DNA of 64,000 nt from assembly GCA_965248445.1 (NCBI GenBank), contig CBDFJG010000001.1, positions 96,001-160,000 of the forward strand. The letters run 5' to 3'. Shown here piece after piece: positions 17,891 through 31,975 of this stretch (positions within the stretch are counted from its first letter, which is position 1; each line of letters starts with the position of its first letter). The notes under the pieces were generated by a model. The model worked only from the letters and a program-made list of their open reading frames with translations, did not search any database and was not told the DNA's origin. The translations under genes were made by a program, and so were the position numbers. Origin of the DNA: Planctomycetota bacterium. Lineage in GTDB: Bacteria; Planctomycetota; JAJSAM01; JAJVHW01.

Positions 17891-18236
17891 CGTCAGTCGC
17901 GCGCCGGTCCGATTACCGCGACCTCGCGATCCCGACGCCAGACGGCGAAGCACACGCGACCGCCGTTGCGAGCCGCCGGCTTGACGAACACGGCGCCGGG
18001 ACGTGCGTTCGCGTACCAGTGAATCTGTCGGCGGGCCACCCACGACGCCCCGTTTCGCAGCGCCGTCTTGCGCAATCGATACGTCCCCTTGGTCTGCGTC
18101 TCACGGTGACGCTCGGGGAACGCGGTCATCGTCGCAAGGCAGACCGCCACTGCGGAAATGAACGACGACTGGACCAGAGCGAGTCGCCGCCTAGGTCGCT
18201 GTGGCGGTGGCGGCGTCCGAGCCACGAGCAAGGCGG

Positions 18237-23528
<5,292 letters not shown>

Positions 23529-23592
23529 GCGGGTCTTCCGGAGGGACTCGTAGTGTCTCGCCCGCTCAATCTAACTGCGCGAGGAACGCTCC

Positions 23593-24003
23593 ATGGGACG
23601 CATCCGGGAACCCAGGCACCCACTCGAGAAACGCGAATTGCTGCACCGGGAGAACCCGGATGCCCGCCGCATCGACGCCATCGCAGAGGAATTCCTGTCC
23701 ACAGGGCGCGCCGGAGAGGCCGTGGACTACATCGAGGTGACCTGCAACCCGGAGCTGATCGCGGAGCTCGAGCGCGTCGGCAAGGCCGCGTCGTCTCCCT
23801 TCCTCGTGGCGCAGGCCGAGCGGCTGAGCGGCGTCAAGCCCGACCCTGCGGACTGGATCGCCCTCGCCGAGACGTGCCTCGCGTCCGGTCGCGCGATCGA
23901 GGCCGTCCGCGCCCTGACGCTGGCCGGCGAAGAAGCGCGCGCGGAAGCGATCCGCTTGGAGCACTGCCCGGACTACGAGCCGTTCCGGCCGCTGGGCAAG
24001 TAG
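23593..24003 (+). CDS. Hypothetical protein
   Basis: RBS GAGGA, genome-typical codon usage, helical; divergent from the kinase-activator gene. Confidence 0.7.
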   Translation: MGRIREPRHPLEKRELLHRENPDARRIDAIAEEFLSTGRAGEAVDYIEVTCNPELIAELERVGKAASSPFLVAQAERLSGVKPDPADWIALAETCLASGRAIEAVRALTLAGEEARAEAIRLEHCPDYEPFRPLGK

Positions 24004-24013
24004 GCCGGACACT

Positions 24014-24048
24014 TCTCCCTACACTGGTCTCCCTACACTCGTCTCCCA
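24014..24048. repeat. 14-bp tandem repeat x2.5 (TCTCCCTACACTSG)
   Basis: Units at 24014-24027, 24028-24041 and a partial unit from 24042. Confidence 0.7.
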
Positions 24049-24128
24049 ATACCGGCGGCATACCCCGTGGCCTGACCACGTTCAGGATTGCGGGATGACG
24101 CATCGTGGACCTTCCGGGGAGGTGGCGC

Positions 24129-24725
24129 ATGGCCGCGAGCGACTCTGCGCGCGCAGACCTCGTCCGACTGCTCCGCTGGGCGCACGCTGGAGAACGCGCG
24201 GCGGCGCTCGCGTATCGCGGGCACGCGTCGTCCGTGAGGGACGCAACCGAGCGTGCCGCGATCCGCAAGATCGAACGCGACGAGTGGGAGCACCGCGAGG
24301 CGGTCGGTGAGATGCTCACGGCGCTCGGCGCGGGGCCCAGCCACATACTCGAGTTGGCGCACCTGATCATCGGGCGCACGGCGTCCGCACTGTGTCACGT
24401 CACGGGTTGGTATGCGCCGATGTACGGCGCCGGCGTCCTCGAAAAGCACAACGTGCACGAGTACGACACGGCTGCGGCCCACGCCGTCGACGCCGGATTG
24501 CCCCACCTGGCGCCGGAACTCCGCGCCATGGCCGCGACCGAGCGTGAGCACGAGGCGTGGTTCCGTACGCGCGTCACGTCGCACCGCCTCTCTCGCATCG
24601 TGCGACCGTGGCGCCTACCAGCCGCGGACAGGCTGCCAGGAGTCGACGACGCGGTCGCCGCGGACGACGTGAATGCGCTCGAAGTTGGCGGCCGCGAGGC
24701 AGGAGTGGTTCGGCAGCACACGTAG
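24129..24725 (+). CDS. Ferritin-like diiron protein (Coq7/demethoxyubiquinone hydroxylase-like)
   Basis: AHAGERAA..AYRGH, DEWEH, LE..NV.EY and EREHE diiron motifs. Confidence 0.8.
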   Translation: MAASDSARADLVRLLRWAHAGERAAALAYRGHASSVRDATERAAIRKIERDEWEHREAVGEMLTALGAGPSHILELAHLIIGRTASALCHVTGWYAPMYGAGVLEKHNVHEYDTAAAHAVDAGLPHLAPELRAMAATEREHEAWFRTRVTSHRLSRIVRPWRLPAADRLPGVDDAVAADDVNALEVGGREAGVVRQHT

Positions 24726-25727
24726 CTTCGTCCCGACCCGGAGCGCACCGGCGGCTCCGACGTGCCCCTCACGAGACCGGAGCTTGCCGTGCTCCTGCGA
24801 CAGATCGTGAAGCTCGAGCGCCGGGGCACCGAACGGCGCGCCGAAACCGCCGGACCAGCCAGGGACGTGCGTCGCACCGCGGTCCTTCGAGAAGACGAGG
24901 GCCCCGCCATCGACGATCGCCGCATCCCGCGCCGGGTACGCCCCGATCACGGAAACCAGCACGCTGAACGCGATGTCTGCCGCGTCGCACGATCCGATCG
25001 CGGCCTGGAATCGGTCGAACAGCGCGTAGTTCCCCGGGCGGGTCTCGTCGACACCGGTGAGGTCGCCTGCGTGGCACATGGTCGGCGTCGAGCCGATGCT
25101 CACGACAGGCACGTCGATGCCCGCATCGCGCAGGCGCGTCGCGAACCCTGCGGTGACGTCACGCTCCTCGTCCGCCACCGCGCGAACACCGTCCGAGTCC
25201 GTGGCGGCGTACGCGTGTCCGCCGTGGGCAAGCACACCGGCGAACGCGATCCCGTCGGTTGCGGTCATGCGGCGTGCCAGAGCGAGTCCGAGTTCTCCCT
25301 GCGGATCGACTCCCGCGCGACCGTATCCGCAGTCCACCTTGAGGAACACGGAGACCGTCCGCGGTGCGTGGGACGCGATCGCGTCGAGGGCGTCCTCCGA
25401 GTCGACGAGCAGGTGCAGCGCGTCGAGCGACCCGGCCAGGTCGAGCGCCTCGGCGGCGCGGGCCGGAGCAAGGGGCACGGCGTAGGTGATGTCCGTGAAG
25501 CCGCCGGCCGCGAACCCCCTCGCTTCCGCGAGAGTCGAGACGGCGATGCCGCCGAAGTGGCCGCGCACCTGCAGCCGCGCCGCCTCGACGCACTTGTGGG
25601 TCTTCACGTGCGGGCGCAGGCGCACGCCGAGAGACGTCATGCGCTCGGACATGCGCGCACAGTTGCGCTCCAGCACGTCGAGATCGATGACGGCGGCCGG
25701 CGTGGGCAGATCCAGAAGCGCGGTCAC
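24615..25727 (-). CDS. PLP-dependent alanine-racemase-fold enzyme (DSD1 / D-threonine aldolase family)
   Basis: LPTPAAVID, RPHVKTHK, GSTPT, RPGNY, SQEHG and PNHSC motifs. Confidence 0.9.
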   Translation of the reverse strand: MTALLDLPTPAAVIDLDVLERNCARMSERMTSLGVRLRPHVKTHKCVEAARLQVRGHFGGIAVSTLAEARGFAAGGFTDITYAVPLAPARAAEALDLAGSLDALHLLVDSEDALDAIASHAPRTVSVFLKVDCGYGRAGVDPQGELGLALARRMTATDGIAFAGVLAHGGHAYAATDSDGVRAVADEERDVTAGFATRLRDAGIDVPVVSIGSTPTMCHAGDLTGVDETRPGNYALFDRFQAAIGSCDAADIAFSVLVSVIGAYPARDAAIVDGGALVFSKDRGATHVPGWSGGFGAPFGAPALELHDLSQEHGKLRSREGHVGAAGALRVGTKLRVLPNHSCLAAANFERIHVVRGDRVVDSWQPVRGW

Positions 25728-26530
25728 TCGCCCAGGACCTCGCGCATCCGCGGACGCAAAGTGAACGGCAGGTTCCTCTCCGGCGCGTTCTCGCGCAGCC
25801 ACTCGAGTGCGACTCGCTCCTCGTCGAACAGCTTCAGCTGTCGCGCCGCGCGGGACGCGCGCGCCTCGACCGAGACCCGTCCCCCAAATGGGATCGCGAC
25901 GTGACGTCGATAGCGTCCGGCGAGTTCACGCACCTGGCGGGCATCCGCGTCGTTGTCCGTCGAGAACGACATGATCAGGTCGAACAGTGCGCTCGCTCCC
26001 TCCAGAGTCGCGCCGCCCTCGGAGATGGCGTCGCGGTAGCGACCGCGGGCCAGCTCGAGGTGGCCGAGGCGCTGGAGTGCAAGGCCCAACCGACGCAGGA
26101 CGTACGGCCGAGCGTCGGAGGCGAGCTCCGGGAGGATTGCGCGGTAACGCGACACCGCACCGGCCAGGTCCTCGTTCTTGCCGAGGCGCTCCTCCGCTTC
26201 GAGAAGGAGTTGGTTGGCGGGGACGCCCACGAGCCGCGGGTCGTTGGTCGACACCCGGGGCGGCGCGGCATTCGCGCCCGGGCCTCCCGTGACGGCCTCC
26301 GTGACGTTGGCAGGCGGCGCGGCGATGACGCGATCCCGGCGGGTTGCCGTCTCGTGCCTCTCCGCCAGCCGCCGCTCCAGTTTGGCGATGCGCTCGGTCA
26401 GCCGCGACAGCTCCCGGGCGGTGCGCTCGTCATCTGCCGGTGCCACACCACCACGACCGAGAAGCGCGACAAGCACGACCGTCTGCACGACAACGATGCC
26501 GAGGACGACGGCGATCGTGCGTGTGCTCAT
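25724..26530 (-). CDS. Membrane-anchored TPR-like hypothetical protein
   Basis: N-terminal TM, coiled coil and TPR-like helices; 4-bp overlaps with both neighbours. Confidence 0.75.
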   Translation of the reverse strand: MSTRTIAVVLGIVVVQTVVLVALLGRGGVAPADDERTARELSRLTERIAKLERRLAERHETATRRDRVIAAPPANVTEAVTGGPGANAAPPRVSTNDPRLVGVPANQLLLEAEERLGKNEDLAGAVSRYRAILPELASDARPYVLRRLGLALQRLGHLELARGRYRDAISEGGATLEGASALFDLIMSFSTDNDADARQVRELAGRYRRHVAIPFGGRVSVEARASRAARQLKLFDEERVALEWLRENAPERNLPFTLRPRMREVLGE

Positions 26531-28158
26531 TCTTCGAGCGTCTCCAGCAGCGCCAATGCCTCGGGCATCCCGGGCACGACCGCAAGCGCCTCGTGCAGGC
26601 GCTTGCGTGCCTCGTCGGGGCGATCGGTGTTCTTCAGCACCACCGCCAAGTTGTACCGCGCGCGGGCAGCGATGCGTCGTGCGCGCGTCAGTTCGATTGC
26701 GCGGAGCAGGTCGCGCTCCGCGCCCTCGAAGTCGCCGGTCTCGAGGCGCAGCGTGCCGAGCAGGTAGTACTCCTCGGCAGGCTCCTCGACGCGCGTCGCA
26801 AGGTCGGTCAGAAGACCGACTGCCTCCGCGTGATCCGCCGCCGCGCCGGTCTCAGAAAGCGCCAGGGCGAGGCGATTCGTCGCTCCGCGTGCGCCGGGGT
26901 ACTGCGCGAGGACGTCGCGGTCGAACACGATCTCGTCGTACCAGACCGGGGCACGCAGATGCGAAACGGCTCCGAGCACGACGAACAGTCCCATCGTCAC
27001 CGCTGGTGCGGCCGCGGAGCGCAGACCGACGAACACGCGCTCGAGTCCCTCCCCCGCGAGCAGGTAGAGGAATAATGCCGGGAGGTAGAGGAAGCGGTCC
27101 GCCACGATCGCTCCGATCGGCACCACCTGCAGGACCGGAACGAGCAGCAACACGAACGCGAGAAGGGGGAACGCCACGCGAGGGTGCTTGCTGAACGCGA
27201 ACGCACCGAGTGCAACCATCGCCAGGAGCAGGAGCAGTCCGAGAACCGCGACGCCGCCGAGCTGCCTGGGATCGGCCGACCATGCCGGGTCCGCCGCATA
27301 GTCGCCGCAGAGGTTGACGGGCAGGATCACGTTCGCAGTGAGCAGCGCGAATCCACGGCCGACACCGAGAGCGGCACCCCAAGGATCGACGTCGTGCCAC
27401 GCCAGACCACCCTTCTCCGGGAACGTCGCGCCGAGCACCTGGATCCGCGCCCACATCCAGAGCGCAGCGGGGACCGCGAACCAGGAGAGGCGCAGGAGCG
27501 ACCGCTTGCCGAACAGGCGGAACAGCGGCAACCCCTGGTACGCAACAACACCGAGCACCACGACCAGCGGAAGCAGCGCCGCCGTCGCCTTGGCGAACAA
27601 GGAGAGCCCGAACAGCGCGACCGCAAGCGGGAGCGCGCGCTTGTCACCTGGACTGCGCAGCAGCAGGATGCCCATCGCGAGTCCGAAGAACGTCGCGAGC
27701 AGGTCGCAACGGCCGACGATCCACGCAACCGGTTCCACGGCCAGCGGATGGACGGCAAACAGCGCCGCCGCGAGTATCGGCGCGCCGAGCGCGCGCTTTG
27801 TCAGGTGCGCGAGGAACAGGTACGCCAGGGCCGAGTTCGCAGCGTGCAGAACCAGGTTGACCCGCCGGAACCACCACACGGTCGGGTCGCCCGGCGCGCT
27901 ACCGGAGACGAACCAGTCGATCGCGAACGACGCGTTGACGACCGGCCGGTACATCTCGACGTCGTTCGGCGGCAGGAAGTAGGGCTCCGCGAACGCAGTG
28001 AAGACGGTGGAGAGATCAGCCAGCCGCGGATCGCGCAGCAGGAAGATCGTGTCGTCCCAGACGAGCCCCGTAGCTCCCAGGGTTGCACACTGAGCAAGCA
28101 GCGCCAGGCAGGCGACGATCACACAGCCGGTGAGCGGCCCGCCGGGGGTGAAGCGCAC
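26527..28158 (-). CDS. TMTC-like GT-C glycosyltransferase with C-terminal TPR
   Basis: VWDD, YRP, NLVLH, LFAVHPLAVEPVAWIVGR.DLL and ADRFLYLP motifs. Confidence 0.85.
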   Translation of the reverse strand: MRFTPGGPLTGCVIVACLALLAQCATLGATGLVWDDTIFLLRDPRLADLSTVFTAFAEPYFLPPNDVEMYRPVVNASFAIDWFVSGSAPGDPTVWWFRRVNLVLHAANSALAYLFLAHLTKRALGAPILAAALFAVHPLAVEPVAWIVGRCDLLATFFGLAMGILLLRSPGDKRALPLAVALFGLSLFAKATAALLPLVVVLGVVAYQGLPLFRLFGKRSLLRLSWFAVPAALWMWARIQVLGATFPEKGGLAWHDVDPWGAALGVGRGFALLTANVILPVNLCGDYAADPAWSADPRQLGGVAVLGLLLLLAMVALGAFAFSKHPRVAFPLLAFVLLLVPVLQVVPIGAIVADRFLYLPALFLYLLAGEGLERVFVGLRSAAAPAVTMGLFVVLGAVSHLRAPVWYDEIVFDRDVLAQYPGARGATNRLALALSETGAAADHAEAVGLLTDLATRVEEPAEEYYLLGTLRLETGDFEGAERDLLRAIELTRARRIAARARYNLAVVLKNTDRPDEARKRLHEALAVVPGMPEALALLETLEE

Positions 28159-28200
28159 GGTTACAAGAGCACGTCCGCTCGCGGGCGACGCGACGCGGCC

Positions 28201-30807
28201 CTACTTGTCCTCGTCCTCGTCCTCCATGTCCTCGTCGTCCCACGGGTCGTCGTCGTCGCTCTCCATGTTCCCTTCGGGAACGGACGTATCGACTGCCGGG
28301 CGTTCGCGGGTCAGGCTGTCCCGCTCGGTCCGTCGGTTGCAGACCTGATCGAGGTACCACCAGTACTCGTCGCCGACCTTACCGAAGTCGTTCTTGCTCT
28401 TCAGCTTGAACGCCGACACGAGAGCGTCGGGACCGTTCGTCCCCGCCAGCTCGTGGCGCATGTACTCAAGGATGTTGTCCCGGTATTTGCCGTTGTCGTA
28501 GAAGTACGCGAAGTGGACGAACGCCCAGGCCTGGGCGTAGAACACGTTCGCCAGCAGGTTCCCACGCCCAGGTGCAATCTCGTTCCCGATGCGGCTGAGG
28601 TCGCCGTTGTGGTTCGGCTCGAGCATGCGCGGGAGTGTGAAGCTCTGCTTGCGCCACTCCGGGTTCCGGCGGCGGTACATGCGCATCAGATCCGTGCGCT
28701 CGATGAGGATGCGGTTGTGCCGGAAGGTGGCACCCTCGAAATCGAGGAAGTGCTCCTCGTCCACCTCCGCCGCGCCCATGAACTCGGCGATGCCCTCTCC
28801 GAACCACATCGACTTGCGGGGCTGCACGAAATCGACGCCGTCGGTCAGCGGCTTGCCCTGGTAGATCGCGCCGTACTCGTGCATGAGTTGGTGTGTGCCC
28901 TCGTGGAACGTGACCTGGTCTGCGTAGGGCTGTACGAACCCGCCTTTTGCCTTGAAGAAGTTCTGCTCCGTGAGAGAGTCCTGGCCCACGTAGTGGGTGA
29001 TCAGCTTCTCGGTCGGGCTGTACCACGCACGGGCTCCGGGGGGAGCGTTGTCCTTCTGCGCCGCGAGCCACTTCTGAAGCAGGTTGGCGTCCCACAGGAT
29101 CACCGCTCGCAGGATGCGGTCCCCGCCCGCCTCCGTCTCGAGCGAAGGCAGGCTGAACTTGTCAGCGAACAGCTCCCGGTAGCGCCGGTTCAGTTCGTTG
29201 AAGACGATGCCGTCGCGCTTGGCGTACTTCGCCGCCTTGGCCTCACGTTCCGCGACGAGCTTCGGGTCGAAGCCCTTGTCGCGCAGGTCCTCATCCTCGT
29301 AGTTCTGGAAGATGACGTAGGGGTCGTCGAAGCGGAAGATGAACTTCAAGTCCTTGAACAAGTCGTTCTTCCGGATGAAGTTCATCATGTCTTCCGCCTG
29401 ACGCAGTCGCGGGTTGTCCCTCAACTGCTTCTCGCGCTCGCGGACGTGGTTGACGATCACCTGCAGTTCCGCGAAGCGCGCCGGATCGACCCACGAGTCC
29501 TTGTCGAGGTCTTCCATCGCGGCGAGCAACGCCTTCTCGTTCTTGTTGGCGTTGTCCATCGCGTACAGACACTCGTCGATGCAGAGCTTGACCAGCGCCT
29601 GGGCGTTCTTCTTGCCGATGCCCTCCTGCGCCCAGTCGACGTCCTGGTCGATCTTGATCGCTTCCTTGGCGATGCGCTCGCGGGCCAGCTTGCCGGCGGT
29701 CGTGACGCGGATCCGTTCGTCATAGAACCAGTCGTAGAGACCCTTCAGCTTCGCGGTGTCGCCGAGTGCCGGCTGCAGCTTCAAGGTCAACTCGGCGTGC
29801 TGGTCGGTCGCGGACATCGCGAGGTACGTCCCCCACGCATCGAGCCCAACCGGTGCGGTGGAGTCCCCGTTGGCGTTCGCGCCGGGGTTCGCAGCCGCGT
29901 TGCCGCCGCTCTCGCTGCCGTTGACCACGGCAGGATCTCCGTTGGCGCCACCGTCGTCCCCGCCCCCGCCGAACAGGAAGAACCCGCCGCCGCCCAGCGC
30001 GAGCACGCCGACGGCGATGCCGACGATCAGACCGGTGTTGCCCTTCTTCTCCTCGCGCGCCGGGCGCTCTCGACGAGCAGACGACGACTTGCGGGAACGG
30101 GACGACTTGCCGGTGTTCGCCGGCGGAGGGGCAGCGACTGCCTGCGAGCCACCCGCGCGCTGCGCGACTTCCTGAGTGGACGACGACGCGGCGCGTTTCT
30201 GCATGGCCTTCGGCAATCGCGGCGAGCTCTTCGCCGGAGACTGACGCGCGCTGGCGGAGGGCTTTGCGGCGGGCGCTGCGGGCTTCGCGGCTGGTGTGCC
30301 GCGCGCTTCGGCGAGCAGCTTGCGCATCTGGTCCGGAGGGACGACCGCGGTCGCAGGCGGATCGACGCGCGACGTGCGACGCGGCGCCGGCGCGCGGCCC
30401 GACGGCTTCAACGTGCGTGCTTGCGGCTTGACTCCGGATGTTGGCTTGACGCGCGACGCCGGCTTGACGCCCCCCACTGGACGCGACGGGCGCGGGGTGC
30501 GCGCGGCACGACGGCTCGTGGCAGGATTCGGGGCAGGGACCGGAGCAGCGCTCTTCTCTGCGGCGACGTCCTGCGACGCACGCAGCGCGCTCTTCATCTC
30601 GTCCGGCGACATCATCACCGTCGGGGGGGGCTTCGGCCGCCCGCGAGTCGACCGCTGCACCTCAGCTGCTCCGAGGGGCTGGATGATCGGACCCGCCTCC
30701 GGGACCTGGAGGACGTTCCGGCACTGGCCGCAGACGAAGCTGGTCCCGGGTGTCATGGTCGCGACGTCGAACTGCGAGGTGCACTTAGGACAGCTGATCA
30801 GCCTCAT
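28201..30807 (-). CDS. Zn-ribbon + Pro/Ala linker + TM + DUF1570-like HEXXH (zincin) domain protein
   Basis: CPKC/CGQC, TM LIVGIAVGVLALGG, FHEGTHQLMH, WFGEGIAEF and FYAQAWAFVHF motifs. Confidence 0.85.
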   Translation of the reverse strand: MRLISCPKCTSQFDVATMTPGTSFVCGQCRNVLQVPEAGPIIQPLGAAEVQRSTRGRPKPPPTVMMSPDEMKSALRASQDVAAEKSAAPVPAPNPATSRRAARTPRPSRPVGGVKPASRVKPTSGVKPQARTLKPSGRAPAPRRTSRVDPPATAVVPPDQMRKLLAEARGTPAAKPAAPAAKPSASARQSPAKSSPRLPKAMQKRAASSSTQEVAQRAGGSQAVAAPPPANTGKSSRSRKSSSARRERPAREEKKGNTGLIVGIAVGVLALGGGGFFLFGGGGDDGGANGDPAVVNGSESGGNAAANPGANANGDSTAPVGLDAWGTYLAMSATDQHAELTLKLQPALGDTAKLKGLYDWFYDERIRVTTAGKLARERIAKEAIKIDQDVDWAQEGIGKKNAQALVKLCIDECLYAMDNANKNEKALLAAMEDLDKDSWVDPARFAELQVIVNHVREREKQLRDNPRLRQAEDMMNFIRKNDLFKDLKFIFRFDDPYVIFQNYEDEDLRDKGFDPKLVAEREAKAAKYAKRDGIVFNELNRRYRELFADKFSLPSLETEAGGDRILRAVILWDANLLQKWLAAQKDNAPPGARAWYSPTEKLITHYVGQDSLTEQNFFKAKGGFVQPYADQVTFHEGTHQLMHEYGAIYQGKPLTDGVDFVQPRKSMWFGEGIAEFMGAAEVDEEHFLDFEGATFRHNRILIERTDLMRMYRRRNPEWRKQSFTLPRMLEPNHNGDLSRIGNEIAPGRGNLLANVFYAQAWAFVHFAYFYDNGKYRDNILEYMRHELAGTNGPDALVSAFKLKSKNDFGKVGDEYWWYLDQVCNRRTERDSLTRERPAVDTSVPEGNMESDDDDPWDDEDMEDEDEDK

Positions 30808-31027
30808 CGGGCTCCCTCCAGGAGTGACGGCGGTCCGCTCCCACCGTAAGCCGCGGATTCTACTGCCCCAGTGTCCCAATCCCATGCCTCAGCGTGCGCG
30901 AGGAGGCTGCGGGGCCCCATGACGCCGCCCTGGCGGCCACGTGTCGGCCGCGGCACACTGGGCTCTGGTGCGCCCGTTGCGCACCCGGGGAGCGCCCGGC
31001 CGCCCGGCCGCGCGCCGGAGGGAGCCC

Positions 31028-31975
31028 GTGCAAGGTCCTGGTCACCCACGCAGAACGCCCGCGCGCTTGCCGTTCCCCGGAGTGCTCGTCATCTTGGCGC
31101 TCGGGCTCGCCGCAGCGGCAGCTCCGGACCGGCCGCGGGTCGGGCTCTACGCGGAGACCGGCGCCCCGGGCGCGATGCCCGCGATCACCGGCGTGCGGAA
31201 CGGCTGCCGTCGCGGCGAGATGGACCTGCTCGAGCGCGCCGTCCCGGCAGAGCGCGCCGAGGCCACGGGCGTGCTGGCTGAGCTCGCCCTCGAATCGGTA
31301 GACGTGCTGGTCACCGTCGGTCCGCGCGCGGCGACGGATGCGCGCGACACCCGGCGGGCGACGGCCACTGTCTTCACGGGCGTGATGCGGCCCGAGGCGC
31401 TCGGCCTGCCGGGCCGCGCGACGCTCTGCGGAACAGCTGGAGGCGTGTCGGCCGAGGATTTGGTCGCCGCGATACGCCGCGCCGCGCCGTGGGTCCGAAG
31501 GCTCGTGGTGGTCATGACCCGGGACGACGCAGAGGACGAGGCACTCTTGGAGGCGTTGTCCGTCACTCCAGCGGCCGCGGGATTGACGATCGCCACTGAC
31601 GCAATCAGCCAGGCCGACGCATTGAAGGACGCCGCGCTCGTCCTCGCCGAGAGCGTGCCCGGAGCTCGCGCGAACCGAGTGGTGCGCCGCCTCGAGGGCA
31701 AGCGCGTGCTCCTCGTCGGAACACGAAGGGCGCACCTCGACGCCGGTGCGGCGCTCGTCGTCCGTACGGATCCGAAGGCGCTCGGCGCGACCGCCGCGGA
31801 TCTGGTGCGCCGCATCGTGAACGGCGAGGCGCCCGAGCAGATCGGCGTCGTGCGGCCGCGGCGGGTGCTCTTCGAACTGAACCTGACGGCGGCGCGACGG
31901 CTGGGCGTCGAGATCCCGCTCTCTGCCATTGCGGGCGCGGATCACGTCGTGCCGGACTTCGGGGGCCGCCGGTGA
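31028..31975 (+). CDS. ABC_sub_bind-like substrate-binding protein
   Basis: DVLVTVGP.A, TVFTGV..P and G...A.LV.RI..G...ELNL.AARRLGVEIP..AD.V motifs. The start is uncertain. Confidence 0.7.
   Translation: MQGPGHPRRTPARLPFPGVLVILALGLAAAAAPDRPRVGLYAETGAPGAMPAITGVRNGCRRGEMDLLERAVPAERAEATGVLAELALESVDVLVTVGPRAATDARDTRRATATVFTGVMRPEALGLPGRATLCGTAGGVSAEDLVAAIRRAAPWVRRLVVVMTRDDAEDEALLEALSVTPAAAGLTIATDAISQADALKDAALVLAESVPGARANRVVRRLEGKRVLLVGTRRAHLDAGAALVVRTDPKALGATAADLVRRIVNGEAPEQIGVVRPRRVLFELNLTAARRLGVEIPLSAIAGADHVVPDFGGRR

Noticed and set aside
18005..18020. Minus-strand TGGTACGCGAACGC as a sigma54 promoter
   Set aside because: GG-GC spacing is 9 nt, not the obligatory 10.
17893..18231. 112-aa minus-strand ORF after the activator gene
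   Set aside because: No RBS, atypical codon usage and no motif; cannot be supported.
27184..30849. 1221-aa plus-strand ORF
   Set aside because: Antisense shadow of two motif-bearing minus-strand genes; long stop-free shadows are expected at this GC.
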